Positions 1 through 12,973 of a stretch of DNA of 64,000 nt are shown here, one piece after another. The position numbers were made by a program, and so were the translations under genes. The stretch comes from Octopus sinensis (taxonomy: Eukaryota): contig NC_042999.1 in assembly GCF_006345805.1 (NCBI RefSeq), forward strand, positions 166,904,001-166,968,000, in the 5' to 3' direction. Position 1 is the stretch's first letter; each line of letters starts with the position of its first letter. Under the pieces are notes generated by a model, which saw only the letters and a program-made list of their open reading frames with translations, made no database searches and was not told the origin of the DNA.

Positions 1-62
<62 letters not shown>

Positions 63-68
<6 letters not shown>

Positions 69-180
69 ATCCAAACAAGAAAAGACAAAAAAAAACACAA
101 CAACGCGAGGACGTGGAACAAATAAAGTATTATTGGACACTCAGGAAAGAAGGGAAGAAAGAGGGTTTAACGTTTCGACT
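63..180 (-). mobile_element. Penelope-like pLTR/3'-end fragment (related copies at 17710-17920 and 56375-56800)
   Basis: Three copies start after (TA)n with tagttaatccaaacaa...aacgcgaggacgtggaac...aacgtttcg. The two longer copies carry a minus-strand minimal hammerhead. Confidence 0.55.
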
Positions 181-387
181 AGAAAAAAAATTTCCCAGCC
201 TTCCTTAAATATCATAAAATAATTTCTAGGAGATCAGTAAGGATTTCATATTCAACCCTCCTAAACATGTCTACCATAATAGGTAGACTTAATAGTAAAA
301 ACATTAAGTTAGCCAGGAGTAGAATGAATAGTAACAACAATGATAGTAATAATAATTGTAATAATAGCATCAACAATAGAAATAGCA

Positions 388-913
388 ATGCAGTACCAGG
401 CAGTGGCTCTCATGGCTTCTGATCTTAACTGATTGTTTTGTCTTGGTATAAAAGATGGGCTACAGCAAATATTCTGCTCAATACCACAGATTTGCTTGTC
501 AGTTGTTTGACTTTAACCAGTTGAGCATGTCCTTTAGTGGCTGACGATATGTGCATCTCTGATTACGAGCAGAAGTAGTGGGGGAGCATCATAACCATGT
601 GTTGAGAGGGATTCTTTGGGGTTTGAATAATTCACCTCTGGAAACATGGGTGGTTCTTTCAACATCCTTAAACAACCCTTATTCAGGGACCTTTTGAGCT
701 TGGTGGGCTACTCAACCAGAATAAAATTCTAACTGGGCCCCACCTGCAAGGTCATGTGCTGTTTATCTTTTTATGAGATCACCATGTCGCGCACATATGA
801 TTGTGATGCATGTGCCTGGTGTACCCTTATCAGACGGGTAGTCATGATGGGTATATTGGGCTTCGTATATTTTAACCCAGTGTCACTTTGATGGCATGCG
901 CTGCTCTCTCACT
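388..913 (+). mobile_element. Probable non-LTR retrotransposon 3' UTR inserted in (AAT)n
   Basis: Complex ~500-bp segment ending gctgctctctcactc followed directly by (AAT)n, with degenerate (AAT)n on the left. No ORF. Confidence 0.45.
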
Positions 914-914
914 C

Positions 915-955
<41 letters not shown>

Positions 956-1034
956 CAATAATAATAATAATAATAAAAATAATAATAATGGTAAAAATAG
1001 AGATAATAAAAATAATACTAAAAATGATGATAAC

Positions 1035-1066
<32 letters not shown>

Positions 1067-1110
1067 CATCGATATAAATATAAATAATGATAATAACAAT
1101 ACCAATAATA
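914..1110. repeat. (AAT)n microsatellite
   Basis: Directly visible; source of the poly-N/L/I ORFs. Confidence 0.95.
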
Positions 1111-1403
1111 CCGATAAATTGACTTATTGTTCTAGTGACAACCTGAATTTCTTTTATGCATCCTGAATTCCCTCCTCTTTCTACAACTAACTTGAATTCT
1201 TTACCTTCCCTTACCCTAATCCTTATAACTAAAGACATTTTCTTACAGCAGTCAGTTATAAGCAAAGTTTTGGTCAGTTAGCATCTGAACTACACGACCT
1301 CATGTTCCTAAGATTCATATCTACATCTTTATCTGTATATTTACCTTCCCTAAGATGTTATTACTTGATTTGAACACTTTTATATTATTGGAAAACTTAT
1401 ATA

Positions 1404-1493
1404 AATTAGCTGAAGATTACTCAGCATCTTAAATCTGGTGTAATATTTACAGCTTTTAATAAAATGTTGTAGTATGAAACAATTGTACTAAAT
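1404..1493 (+). ncRNA. Type I minimal hammerhead ribozyme motif
   Basis: ttag-CTGAAGA(1410-1416)-t-tact.cagcat...atgttg.agta-t-GAAAC-AATT-GTA-ctaa. Palindromic stem III (ACAATTGT), GUA cleavage triplet, short stem I. Confidence 0.65.
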
Positions 1494-1627
1494 TACCGGA
1501 TTCATTCTTGTTGCTTATTTTTGACTATAATCACCGCGCATATTTTTACGGGTAACACCATAAAAAATTCTGGTGCATCTAAATTAAGTACCATATTCAT
1601 TTGAATCTAAATTGTTGCTGATCTTAC

Positions 1628-1659
<32 letters not shown>

Positions 1660-1678
1660 ATATATATATATATATATA

Positions 1679-1734
<56 letters not shown>

Positions 1735-1756
1735 TATATATATATATATGTACATA

Positions 1757-1802
<46 letters not shown>

Positions 1803-1977
1803 GATATATATGTATATATATAAGTAAATATTGGTTTTATTCCAGAGGAATAAACGGTGTAAAATGCAATCTTCTCATGTACTAACGGTTTTTTTAAATA
1901 CTTAATAACGTTCTGTTTATCATTTATGCAGTCATCGTAATTGTTATAATGTCTGGTTGTTGAGATAGGCTCTCTTT

Positions 1978-2060
1978 CTTTCCTGATGAGAAGATTGCAT
2001 TTTACACCGTTTATTCCTTTGAAATAAAACCAATGTTGTCTTCGAAACATATGTCGAAAG
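1978..2060 (+). ncRNA. Type I minimal hammerhead ribozyme
   Basis: ctttc-CTGATGA(1983-1989)-gaagattgcatt...aatgttgtcttc-GAAAC-ATAT-GTC-gaaag. Perfect 5-bp stem I, long stem II, canonical core, GUC cleavage after 2055. A truncated relative (cttcgaaacatatgtcgaga) lies at ~44795-44870. Confidence 0.85.
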
Positions 2061-2302
2061 TAAAAGAATTTTAATAACATCTTCGTTCAACTCCATTTAT
2101 TTACTTATACTACACAAATTACTGCACATTAACCCGGAGTTTCTACCTTTGAATAGGTCGCTTCCTCCATATACTTGCGTGAATTTTGCTACCCTGGTAA
2201 CTATTTATTGAATTTTCCATGTTAACGGTGAACAAAGGATAATTCATTCATCCATCTAAATATGTATATATATATATATGTATATATGTATATATATATA
2301 TC

Positions 2303-2371
<69 letters not shown>

Positions 2372-2426
2372 ATGTATGTATGTATATGTAAATATGTATG
2401 TATGTATATATGTATGTATATCTATG

Positions 2427-2459
<33 letters not shown>

Positions 2460-2508
2460 ATATATGTATATATATATATATATTATATATATATATATAT
2501 ATATGTTT

Positions 2509-2548
<40 letters not shown>

Positions 2549-2765
2549 TATATATGTACGTATGTATATATGAATATATGTGTGTGCGTGCTTATGTGGT
2601 TATAGATATTCATATATCTATATTTATAACATAGGTAGCTTAGCAATTTAACAACCTAAAGGATAATTTACATACGTCACTAAAGTGTATGATATATACG
2701 ATATACAAAATATGATATATATGTACATATATATGTACAAGTACACATACACACACATGCATATA

Positions 2766-3954
2766 CACAGACATGACAGAAGTTAATACACGCCTTTATA
2801 ATCATAAAAATTTATTTAAATCTGAAATTATACATTCAAATTATTTGTAAATTATTATAATGTGAATATCTAATATTTAGTAGACATGTCCTTTGCATTT
2901 TTCAATGCAAGGATCCCTATAAGGTATGCTACTGATCAGACGACGAATATTCTCTTGCGGAGTTTCATGCAGTAACCTCGAAAGATCTGGCTTTGAGGAT
3001 GCATTCTTGCTCCTTTTACGAAGTGTCCTGTCCATTATGTCCCAGTGGTGTTCAATAGGGTCCATATCTCGTGATTGGCTTGGCTATAGAGGTTTTTTAA
3101 TGCCATTTTTTTTCCAACGAATCTTGGGCCTTTTTAGCCGTGTGTCAAGGAGCCCCATCTTCCATAAATAAAGAGTCTTCTTTATTCATTTCACCATTGG
3201 AGAAGATTGGAAGGAATCCTTTCTGCAATATGGACACATATTTATCTGAATTTATGTTTCCGTAACACTTCACCAGCTCTGATTGACCATTGCTCCAAAT
3301 TGTTCCTCAGATCATCACAGAATAGCTGCCTTGTTTCAGTGTTGGCAGCAATCTTTTCACGTCAGATTCTTGATCACAGAGTCTCCAGAACCACACTCGA
3401 TCACTACTAGAAAATACAGCAAATCTGGACTCATCAGAGAATATGATAGTGTCCCAAAATGCGAGCGGCCACTCCATCATCTGAATGGTCCAATATTTTC
3501 TCCACTTGATGTTGGCTGGTGGAAGAAGTGGCTTCCTTCTTGCTGCTCTGCCAAGTTTGTGGTGACACCTGACAGCTGTTCTGGGACTGACACCAACTTG
3601 TTCTGCTATGTCAGAGGCCTTGCAATGCGGATTATCCTCGACACTTCACGTAACAAAACAAAGAGTCCTGTCAGAGGACACTGGTCTACCTGGGCAAGGT
3701 GATGTGGACTCTTTCACTTCTCTAGTGAATTGCACAATCACCCTGTTAACTCTAGAAAGCGGGATCCCAAGGTTTTCTGCGATTTTTCGCTATGTCCACC
3801 TTCAGAGTAACCCACAATACGGCCTCTTTGAAATTTAGACAGTTCCAAGGCTTCTTTTGTACGTGGTTGAACAGTCACATATAGAACCTGAAACATAAAA
3901 ATGTCCTTAATAAAAAATATAAACGTTTACAAGTTAAAATAAACATAAAACAAT
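2766..3954 (-). mobile_element. Tc1-family DNA transposon, degraded transposase
   Basis: TA + TIR CACAGACATGACAGAAG at 2766. Minus-strand remnants include DMDPIEHHW (SPDLNPIE-like) and WDTIIFSDESRF. Homologous to 29069-29797. Confidence 0.85.
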
Positions 3955-4342
3955 GTGGTAATGCGCAGGCAAGTATCCGGATGGATTCCGAGAACTTTCA
4001 GAACAAGGGGCTAGGAAAAAGTGCTGCTTTTATGGATGACATATGTTCTCAGCCGTCTGGATTACTGCTCTCAACTATAGTCACCTCACGGAGGCAAATT
4101 AATAGCGGAACTTGCGGTAGTTAATCGGTGCTACACCAGGAAGATTGCATCAGTGGAACAGCTGAGCTACTGGGAGTGACTGAAATAGCTATGACTCTAC
4201 TCCCTGGAGCGAAAATAGGAGAGATACACACATACACACACATATATACATGTGTGAGTTTGTGTGTATGCATCTGTGTACGTGTATATATATATATGTA
4301 TATATGCACTGTGTCTATGTGTGTGTATTATATATATGTATA

Positions 4343-4383
<41 letters not shown>

Positions 4384-4562
4384 ATGAGTAAGGGCGTGTG
4401 TCTATCCATCTATCTGTCTGTTACAGTCTTGAATCTTGAGACTCTCCCCTTTTCACGTGGAGCTGGTCATAACTGTCATTTAGTAATCGCGAATTTTCGT
4501 TATATAGTATTTGACAAACCGGTATTTCCGTTTTTCTCACTTTCTGTCTGTCTGTCTCTCTC

Positions 4563-4665
<103 letters not shown>

Positions 4666-4668
4666 CAA

Positions 4669-4699
<31 letters not shown>

Positions 4700-5041
4700 C
4701 ACCGTCTTGTTTTCAGCTTGAGACCTTAAACCCATTGGCCTATGGCCAACGAGTTTAGCGACTGAAGAAACACTGTGAAGCTTTATGGACGTGAAACCCT
4801 GGATAACGCCTGAGACCGGTCATACCCATTTTTATCTATATACTCTACTGCTCTTTTTCGGATTTATGATTTATTGATGATGATGATGATGATGATGTGT
4901 GTGTGTGTGTATTTAAAAGTTTTTGCGTTAAGTACTTGACATAGCGAAAGTATTTGAAGAAAAATTTTCTTAAAAGTTATTATCCAAAATGCTCGTTCTA
5001 GAATTTCTCCAAGAGATCAACGCAGCAGCTGTAGTAACAAT

Positions 5042-5383
5042 TAATGTTCCCAACCATTCCAACATGGCTGTCCGTTCGAACGGGGAGTACAACTAGCATT
5101 TTTGCTAGTTGCAAAATCAGCAAATGTCTGTCGCTTGAAATTGTATATACTGCGAGCTACTTCCATTTCTAGCAGACGAGGTGTCCAGTACTAAAGAGAG
5201 GCAGAAATAGCCCGAAACCAGGCTGGTCTACCGGTCACGTCGCTACAAGGTGGTAGGGGTTCGCTCCCCTGCTCACAATATATCGGATACAGCGCCAACT
5301 AGAGTAGATGTCCTCTTGGGGTTAAAAAATCGCAGTAAAGTCCGTTCGAACGGACAGCCATGTTGAAGTGGCTACGAACATTA
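5042..5383. mobile_element. MITE-like element with ~42-bp terminal inverted repeats
   Basis: taatgttcccaaccattccaacatggctgtccgttcgaacgg (5042-5083) pairs with ccgttcgaacggacagccatgttgaagtggctacgaacatta (5342-5383). No ORF. Confidence 0.7.
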
Positions 5384-5499
5384 CTTATCTAAGTTATTAG
5401 CACAAACCCAAGCGTTGGTGTTGGTCAGTTTTCCTACGATTTTTCTTTTTAATAGTGGTCAGGAGTTTCTCTCTCTCCTAGCTATTGGATGGTGGATGC

Positions 5500-5680
5500 T
5501 TCTAATGACTTCATACGTCCTTAGACAAGCTTTGGTTTTCCTCCCACAGAGCGTCAAACGAAAGACCTCACTCCTTACCAATCTGGCTTAGCAGAGTTGT
5601 CAGTTTAGTCGCTGCGGACGCGACCATGCAGCAAGTTGTACTGCTACATGTTACATGTAGCTGTAAGAGTGACCTGACAT
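5500..5680 (-). mobile_element. RTE-like LINE 5' UTR remnant
   Basis: Homologous to 47126-47315 (gtttagtcgctg...cgaccatgca.ca.gttgtactg). Confidence 0.5.
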
Positions 5681-6285
5681 ATACATACATACATACATAC
5701 ATACAAAGATACATACGCACATACGTATGTATGTATGTATGTATGTATGTATGTATGTATGTGTCTGTATTTACACCCCCATCACCGCTTGACAACCGGT
5801 GTTGGTGTGTTTACGCCCCTTAACTTAGTGGTTCGGCAAAAGAGCCCGATAGAATAAGTACTAGGCTTTAAAAATAAGTCCTGGGGTCGATTATACTGTA
5901 TAATAGCTGTAAAAGTAAAAGTAGGAAAACTGAGCATTAATTAAACAATATCTTGCAAATAAAGCGAAGGTAATTTTTTCATGTAAACTCACTTCTATTG
6001 CTGTTGTGTTTTGGGTCGGTGGTGGTGGTGGGATCATTATGCCAACAATAAACACACGCACTTGTTCTATTTTTGCTTCTTTATTGTTGTTATTAGTCGA
6101 TTGATTAAACATTTGACCAATTAACTAATGGATTGTTTGATTAGCCGTTTCAGCCGATTTATTGATTACTCGTTTGAGCTGACTTATTGATTTGAGCCAA
6201 TCAGGCCAGACGAGACAATTCGCACCGAAAGTGAACGGGAACGTTAGCTATCGTTTTCAGTCTTCGGTGTCGTACATTCGACACA

Positions 6286-6666
6286 GTGGAGGCGCAATGG
6301 TCCAGTGGTTAGGGCAGCGGACTCGCGGTCGTAGGATCGCGGTTTTGATTCCCAGACCGGGCGTTGTGAGTGTTTATTGAGCGAAAACACCTAAAGCTCC
6401 ACGAGGCTCCGGCAGGGGGGTGGGGATCCCTGCTGTACTCTTTCACCACAACTTTCTCTCACTCTTTCTTCCTGTTTCTGTTGTACCTGTATTTCAAAGG
6501 GCTGGCCTTGTCACTCTCTGTGTCACGCTGAATATCCCCGAGAACTACGTTAAGGGTACACGTGTCTGTGGAGTGCTCAGCCACTTACACGTTAATTTCA
6601 CGAGCAGGCTGTTCCGTTGGTCGGATCAACCGAAACCCTCATCGTCGTAACCGACGGAGTGCTTCC
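6286..6666 (+). mobile_element. tRNA-derived SINE with 12-bp target-site duplication
   Basis: A box TGGTCCAGTGG and B-box-like GGTTTTGATTCC. TSD ACATTCGACACA at 6274-6285 and 6667-6678. Confidence 0.85.
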
Positions 6667-7779
6667 ACATTCGACACACTTCCAATCGAAATGAACCGCC
6701 GGTTAGAGACACATATGCAAACAGTATAAAATCTATTTTGCTGGTGTGATGTGGCGTAGCACAAATGAAACAAAATTAAATCTCGAATTAAAAGCTTCTC
6801 TAATCATGCAAGCATTATCAGTCATACATATATTGTGGATGTGTTTATTTTATACGCTAATTTGCTGCAGGATACCGTTCTAAGAAAAATCCCTACATGA
6901 CGCAGAGTGTTAAAGGACACTGAATGTCTCAGATCAGGCGAGGCAACTCGTCCCGACGGCACAGTACATCAACATATAAACTTTAAATTATTATATATCT
7001 TTAACCAGTGATTCATTTCGTTTCTACGTGAGTCGAGTATATGAAGCATTAGAGCTAAAATGATAGTAAAATATCGATATCGGTTGTTATCTTTCACTCT
7101 GGGCAAGTGTCTTCTACTGTAGCCTCATAAATAACAGTGACAAACGAAAAATGCACCGCCGATAGTTGTTGTTAACAAACAACGGCAATTATTTTATTCA
7201 GCTGAATGCATGCCATTGATTGGTTGAAATTACCGAAATACGAGAACTTCAACGTGAAATAACTTCGTAAATATAAGTTTTTCTCAAAAATGCTAAGAGT
7301 AAAAGATGTTTTATATGACACATTCTACCAGTGTCCGAAGTTTGAAAGTGTTTAGTTACAAAAAATTATTTTTTAAATCTGTAGGTCAAAGGTAAAGATC
7401 CTTTAAAATATTTAAAAGAGTTCAAAATATATAATTTCGAAGCATAAAGACGTTTTAAGATATTACTAAAATTAGAAGAAAATTTTTTTAAATGCCTAAA
7501 AAATCTGTGAGTTTTCCTAAAATTACGGAAGTTGAAACGAAGAAGCATATTGTTCCTGCGAGAAGAGGCGAATGGCACCTAAGCGTTCAAATAAACTATC
7601 AGTTTTAGGGTGAATCCATGGACATGGGCCGTAGATGGGATGCACTCAAAATTTTAGTTATAAAAAAATGTTTTGGTTAAATAAAATTTTTTTCAATATT
7701 TAAAAAATATTGTACAATATAAAAATTTTGTTGACAATTCATAAAAATCGCTTGATTTAATTAAAAATATGAGGTATCA

Positions 7780-8345
7780 ATAAATTAAGATACCAAAAAC
7801 ACATAGGAATTTTATGTTTATGCATTTAGAAAAATTCGTTTAGGTCCCAGATGTTAAGTCGAACTGAAGGGGAAGACTAAAATCTTTAAAGCTGTTTGGG
7901 ATAAATCCATGTTCGTAGGTTCAAAGTTCTAATCTAGTTATTTTCTGAACAATTTAAACGTAGATAAGTACTTATGTCTACATGCAATTGTAACGTCAGA
8001 GAGTTTGTTAATTAAGATTTTTTTGATCTGTACGAGGTATACTAATTGCTTCCTTAATGCATCACTTACACTTTCTGGTATGTGCCCTATATGGGGCAGT
8101 TTCTATTATTATAGACCAGTCTAAGTTGTATTCTTTATTTCGTGTTTTTAATTTGTTAATGTATGTAGAGAGTGGTGTTGATATTTTTGTTCTTGGATTT
8201 GAGAATGAGCTGATTTAATGTGATTTAATTTGATAAAGGGACTTGACCTTGAAATCTGTTCTCCATTGTTGCCGTATAGTCTTATTGCTCCTGAAGAGCG
8301 CTTATTAGTTGGGCTGTATTAAAGGATATCCTTTTTATATACCTC
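7780..8345 (-). mobile_element. Degraded Penelope-like GIY-YIG region remnant
   Basis: Minus-strand fragments (e.g. TKISTPLSTYINKLKT) resemble the 43753-44178 C-terminus. Many stops. Confidence 0.4.
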
Positions 8346-8361
8346 TCATAATTATATATAC

Positions 8362-8430
<69 letters not shown>

Positions 8431-8446
8431 ATATATATATATATAG

Positions 8447-8755
8447 AGAGGCGCAATGGCCCAGTGGTTAGGGCAGCGGACTCGCGGTCGGAGGATCGCG
8501 GTTTCGATTCCCAGACCGGGCGTTGTGTGTGTTTATTGAGCGAAAGCACCTAAAGCTCCACGAGTCTCCGGCAGCGGGTGGTGGCGATCCCTGCTGTACT
8601 CTTTCGCCGCAACTTTCTCTCACTCTTTCTTCTGTTGGCCTGCTCGCTTAGCCAGCGGGGTGGCGTCATTTGAAGGCTAAAACAATGCGAAGCGCATTGT
8701 GACCAGCGATGTGTAACAACATCTGATAGCCTGGTCGGTCACGTGATCACGTGAT
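8447..8755 (+). mobile_element. tRNA-derived SINE (same head as 6286, different tail)
   Basis: gaggcgcaatggcccagtggttagggcagcggactcgcggtcggaggatcgcggtttcgattcc is nearly identical to 6289-6352. Inserted in (TA)n. Confidence 0.85.
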
Positions 8756-9241
8756 ATATATATATATGAGTTTAAAGGGATATATTATCGCGGCGGTTAC
8801 CATGTTTCCTCTTAATTCGGTTTCAGATGCCGGCTAACCACAGCGGTCCTTTTGTGATACCCGAGTTAACAATAAGATGCTAGGCTCTGATAACTTTTGT
8901 CGCTTGGTAAATTCGAGTGTCCTATTCAGGACTGCATAATTTCCGTAGAGTAAGTAATAGTATCAATAGTGATAAGGAAAAGGAGATTTTTCACATCTGC
9001 ACGCTGTTGTATATGTAACCTGTTGTCATGGTCGGTGCAGTTTCATCAGGGTCCTTACTCTCTGCCGTTTCGAGGTGAAACTGCAGGAATATGTCTATTT
9101 ATGTGAGTGTGTGTCTTTGTCTCCTACGACCGCTTCACAATCGGTTGATTTTGTTGTTGTATTAGTCACGGTGTGAGATAAAGCCGGGTGCGTATATTAC
9201 AATAAAAGCTAACTGCTCTAATAACCCTTTCTACAATAGGC

Positions 9242-9362
9242 ATCCGAAAGGATGAACGGCAAAGTCGACCTCGGTGGAATTTGAACTCAGAACGTAGCGG
9301 GAGACGAAATACCGCTAAGCATTTCGCCCACATGCTAACGATTCTGCCAGCTCGCTGCCTTC
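9242..9362 (-). mobile_element. tRNA-derived SINE, abundant family 2 (head ggc.gcgagctggcagaa)
   Basis: Reverse complement of the 52186 family. Further copies at ~21917, 22079, 26545-26745, 34241-34560, 37540-37670, 45945-46080 and 50740-50830. Confidence 0.75.
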
Positions 9363-9686
9363 AAACTGCTCTAATGATACAAGCAATATCAGTCACACAT
9401 ATATAGTGTATGTGTTATGTTTATACGCCAATTTGATATGGGATACCGTTTTAGGAAAAGTCCCTATATGTGTGTGTATACACACACACACAGGCACACA
9501 TATATATATATATACATATGCACATAGATGTATGTGTGTGTACATATACATATGCATATATGTATGTATAAATGCATGTGTGTATATATTATGCATATCT
9601 TTATATATACATCTAAGTATATATTATATATGGATATACATAAGAATATGTATGTATATGTATATATGTATATATATATATATATT

Positions 9687-9773
<87 letters not shown>

Positions 9774-11564
9774 CTACGTGTGTAAATGCAGGTACATATA
9801 TGTGTGTATATGTGTGTGAACTTATATTTACTCTGTGTGTGGTAATAGATCTCGTGAGTAAACCTTCGGTAGTTAGAAATCACGTTCAGATTAGCAAATT
9901 TCGCCTTTCATTAAAAACTCATCGGGACTTGCTTGTCTCAAACTAAAAACTGCCGAATTTAAGAACAGATCTTGTTACAGATTGGATTCAAAATAATGTC
10001 AATCATCACGAAATTTAATGGTACAAGTTGGGCGTCTGGGCGTTAAACAAAATATCAAGACTATGTGGATGTGTCTTCGTTCCATAGAAGATGAAGTGTT
10101 CTTCGTATTCTCTGTTAGACGATTTAAGTGGTCTTTGACAAATCTCTGATGAAAGACCTGATCGATTGAATCCACATTTTTTCTTTTCCATTTTTTAAGC
10201 TGTCGTAAGTTTTGTTGTCATTCTTTTAAAGTCTGTTTGTTTAGCATGTCGTATTTGACTTCTATGTACAGATTTATTTGAAACCATGATATCGTAGTGT
10301 TACTATTGATATTGATGTCCAGTCGCCAATTCGCTATTATGTAAATTTTATTAAGATTGTCACATGTCTACAACCGATCTATACTTCATAAACCCCGTTC
10401 GATTTTCATTTGAAGTTGCGGAAAGTCCCCCCTGGTTTATCTAAAAGGTTTATAGTCAGTGCGATTAGACGTAAGTTTATGACATATAATGTTAAATAAC
10501 TTGCGTATGGACATTTATTCATAACCACACTGTGTATGTGTGTTTATGAGTGTATATGCATGCGCTTATGAGTGTGAGTGTGTGTGTGTTTACATATGTG
10601 TGTGTGTGTAGTGTGTGTGAGTGTGTGGTGTGTGTGTGTGTGTGGTGTGTGTGTGTGTAATTTGATCATTAAATTCATATAATTGCCCTATGCAGGTCTC
10701 TGGGTGAATTTCAGCGAATCTTCAATGAAAGCGAAGAGAAGATAAAAATGGCGGATAACCGTTCAGCCATATGTGGCTTCTTTGGAGTAAGATGTTAGTG
10801 TGTAACTCACTTTTTCGTTGTGATTCTAAAGTTTATATTATATCAATATTAATTCAGAAATTGCTCTCTACCTACTGACCTCTGGTCACTCTTAACCCCT
10901 CAAAATGCTGTTGCATCACGAACTAAGCGGTTGATGTCATATTTCTCTTACTCTCCACATTGAAACTCTACCTTCTCCGTATAGAGGATCGCTGATATCC
11001 TCTCAGACACTTTCGTGGAACTCTTAGTTTCAAGAGGCTACTTAGACAGGCGTTCACACACCACACACATCTAATAACTTACGTTAATGGAAATACACAT
11101 AATGGTTTTAGTTGACTTGCTTTTTTACGTTTTTTAAAAATTACTTTCAATTGTTTCAAGTGGCTAAAGAGACTGGGCACAGTCACAGAACAGCAGCTGA
11201 CAACGGTATGGTTGAATAACTCTTAACAAAACTGTATTGCTTTTTGATCCATCTGTACCTTTCTGTAGGTTTCTTCAATGATCTTGGAGCGTCTGTGAAG
11301 ATTATGTCTTGTATTTCTTCCTTTTCTTCAATCGTTTAACTCTTTAACAGCTACGAAATTGATATCTCACATAAATAAGGAGTACTGTCTAAGATAAGAT
11401 AGTATTACACTTAAATTTGATGTTTATGACAAGAATTAATTCCAAGTATGTGATTAATAACAAGTCATATTAAAAGTCACGATTTTACTATATAGTACAT
11501 AAAGCATTTACAAACACCAATTTAGGATTTATATATGTAAAATTTTGGCAGTCTCTGTATAATA

Positions 11565-12350
11565 CAGGCTGTTCGGGCTAAATTCGACGATTTTGTATGT
11601 CTCCTTTTTTCAGGAACATCTTGATGTGAACAGTCAACTGTGTCGGAGAGCATAAAGATTAACGTTGTAGTTGAGAAAAGAATGTAGCTGACATGGAAGA
11701 CTGGAATCCACCTAAATGTTGGAAAAGAGTTATCTGCACAATGATTCGCGCTGGGTTTCAAAATGCTGACATCACGACTACCGCTCAATGCTCTGTGGAT
11801 ATTGTGAAGGCTGGAAGATGTGACATGATCGTCGTGAAAACTAAGTTCCCTCGAATTGCGATGACCATTGAGGGTTATTCAACTGAGGGTGACAATGCCG
11901 CCCCAGATCTTTGAGCAGAGCTGCTGGAGACTATGGTCAATCTTTGACTGGAGAGGATTGCTGCTGGAAGGCCATATGTGTGGTACCAGGATTCCTAGGA
12001 GAATTTCTACGAGTCCCCAGCACCGATTTCTGGCCTGTTAATCCCCCCGATGGTTATCCTACGGATTATTATGTGCTGGGTGCGGATAAGAAAGGCTCCA
12101 ACTGCTCTGTTTGCAGCACCAAAGCCGAGCTGGTGGACAAGATCAAAGAAGTGTTCGAAGATCTTTCCAGTGACACAGTCAGGAATGCATGCGCCATTTT
12201 GCTGATCCATTATATGGCCGTGTTGGGAACTGAGGGCGGCTGGTTTGAGTAAACTAATATCTTCCAGCCATAATCTAGCTGATGTATTTCGATCTTTTAA
12301 AATAGTTTTATTTTTGGATGGGATATTCTGTTTTCTTTTCCTTTCATGCA
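11565..12350 (+). mobile_element. IS630-Tc1-mariner transposase relic
   Basis: TA+CAGGCTGTTCGGGC start; WPVNPPDGYPTDYYVLG is a degenerate WPPNSPDLNPLDY; GGWFE C-terminus. Confidence 0.7.
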
Positions 12351-12362
12351 AATATATGCTCC

Positions 12363-12973
12363 TATGTATGTATGTATGTATGTATGTATGTATGTATGTA
12401 TGTATGTATGTATGTATGGATGTATGTATGTATGTATGCATGTATGTATGCATGTATGTATGTATGTATGTATGTATGTATGTATGTATGTATGTATGTA
12501 TGTATGTATGTATTATGTATGTATGTATGTATTATGTATGTATGTATGTATTATGTATGTATGTATGTATGTATGTATGTATGTATGTATGTATGTATGT
12601 ATGTATGCATGTATGTATGTATGTATGTATGTATGTATGTATGTATGTATGTATGTATGTATGTATGTATGTATGTATGTATGTATGTATGTATGTATGT
12701 ATGTATGTATGGATGTATGTATGTATCTATGCATGCATGCATGCATGTATGTATGTATGTATGTATGTATGTATGTATGTATGTATGTATGTATGTATTA
12801 TGTATGTATGTATTATGTATGTATGTATGTATTATGTATGTATGTATGTATGTATGTATGTATGTATGTATGTATGTATGCATGTATGTATGTATGTATG
12901 TATGTATGTATGTATGTATGTATGTATGTATGTATGTATGTATGTATGTATGTATGTATGTATGTATGTATGT
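12363..12973. repeat. ~610-bp (TATG)n microsatellite abutting a LINE 3' end
   Basis: Directly visible. Confidence 0.95.

Noticed and set aside
6289-6360. tRNA genes here and at 8447, 35500 and 52186
   Set aside because: A/B boxes are present, but the sequences continue into repeated SINE bodies and lack a complete cloverleaf.
9039-9083. Minus-strand CTGATGA/GAAAC pair as a hammerhead
   Set aside because: Stems I and III cannot be formed convincingly.
10696-10787. Possible exon tgcag|GTCTCT...TTTGGA|gtaag (SLGEFQRIFNESEEKIKMADNRSAICGFF)
   Set aside because: No similarity to GCH1 or any family I recognise; splice-like motifs alone are insufficient.
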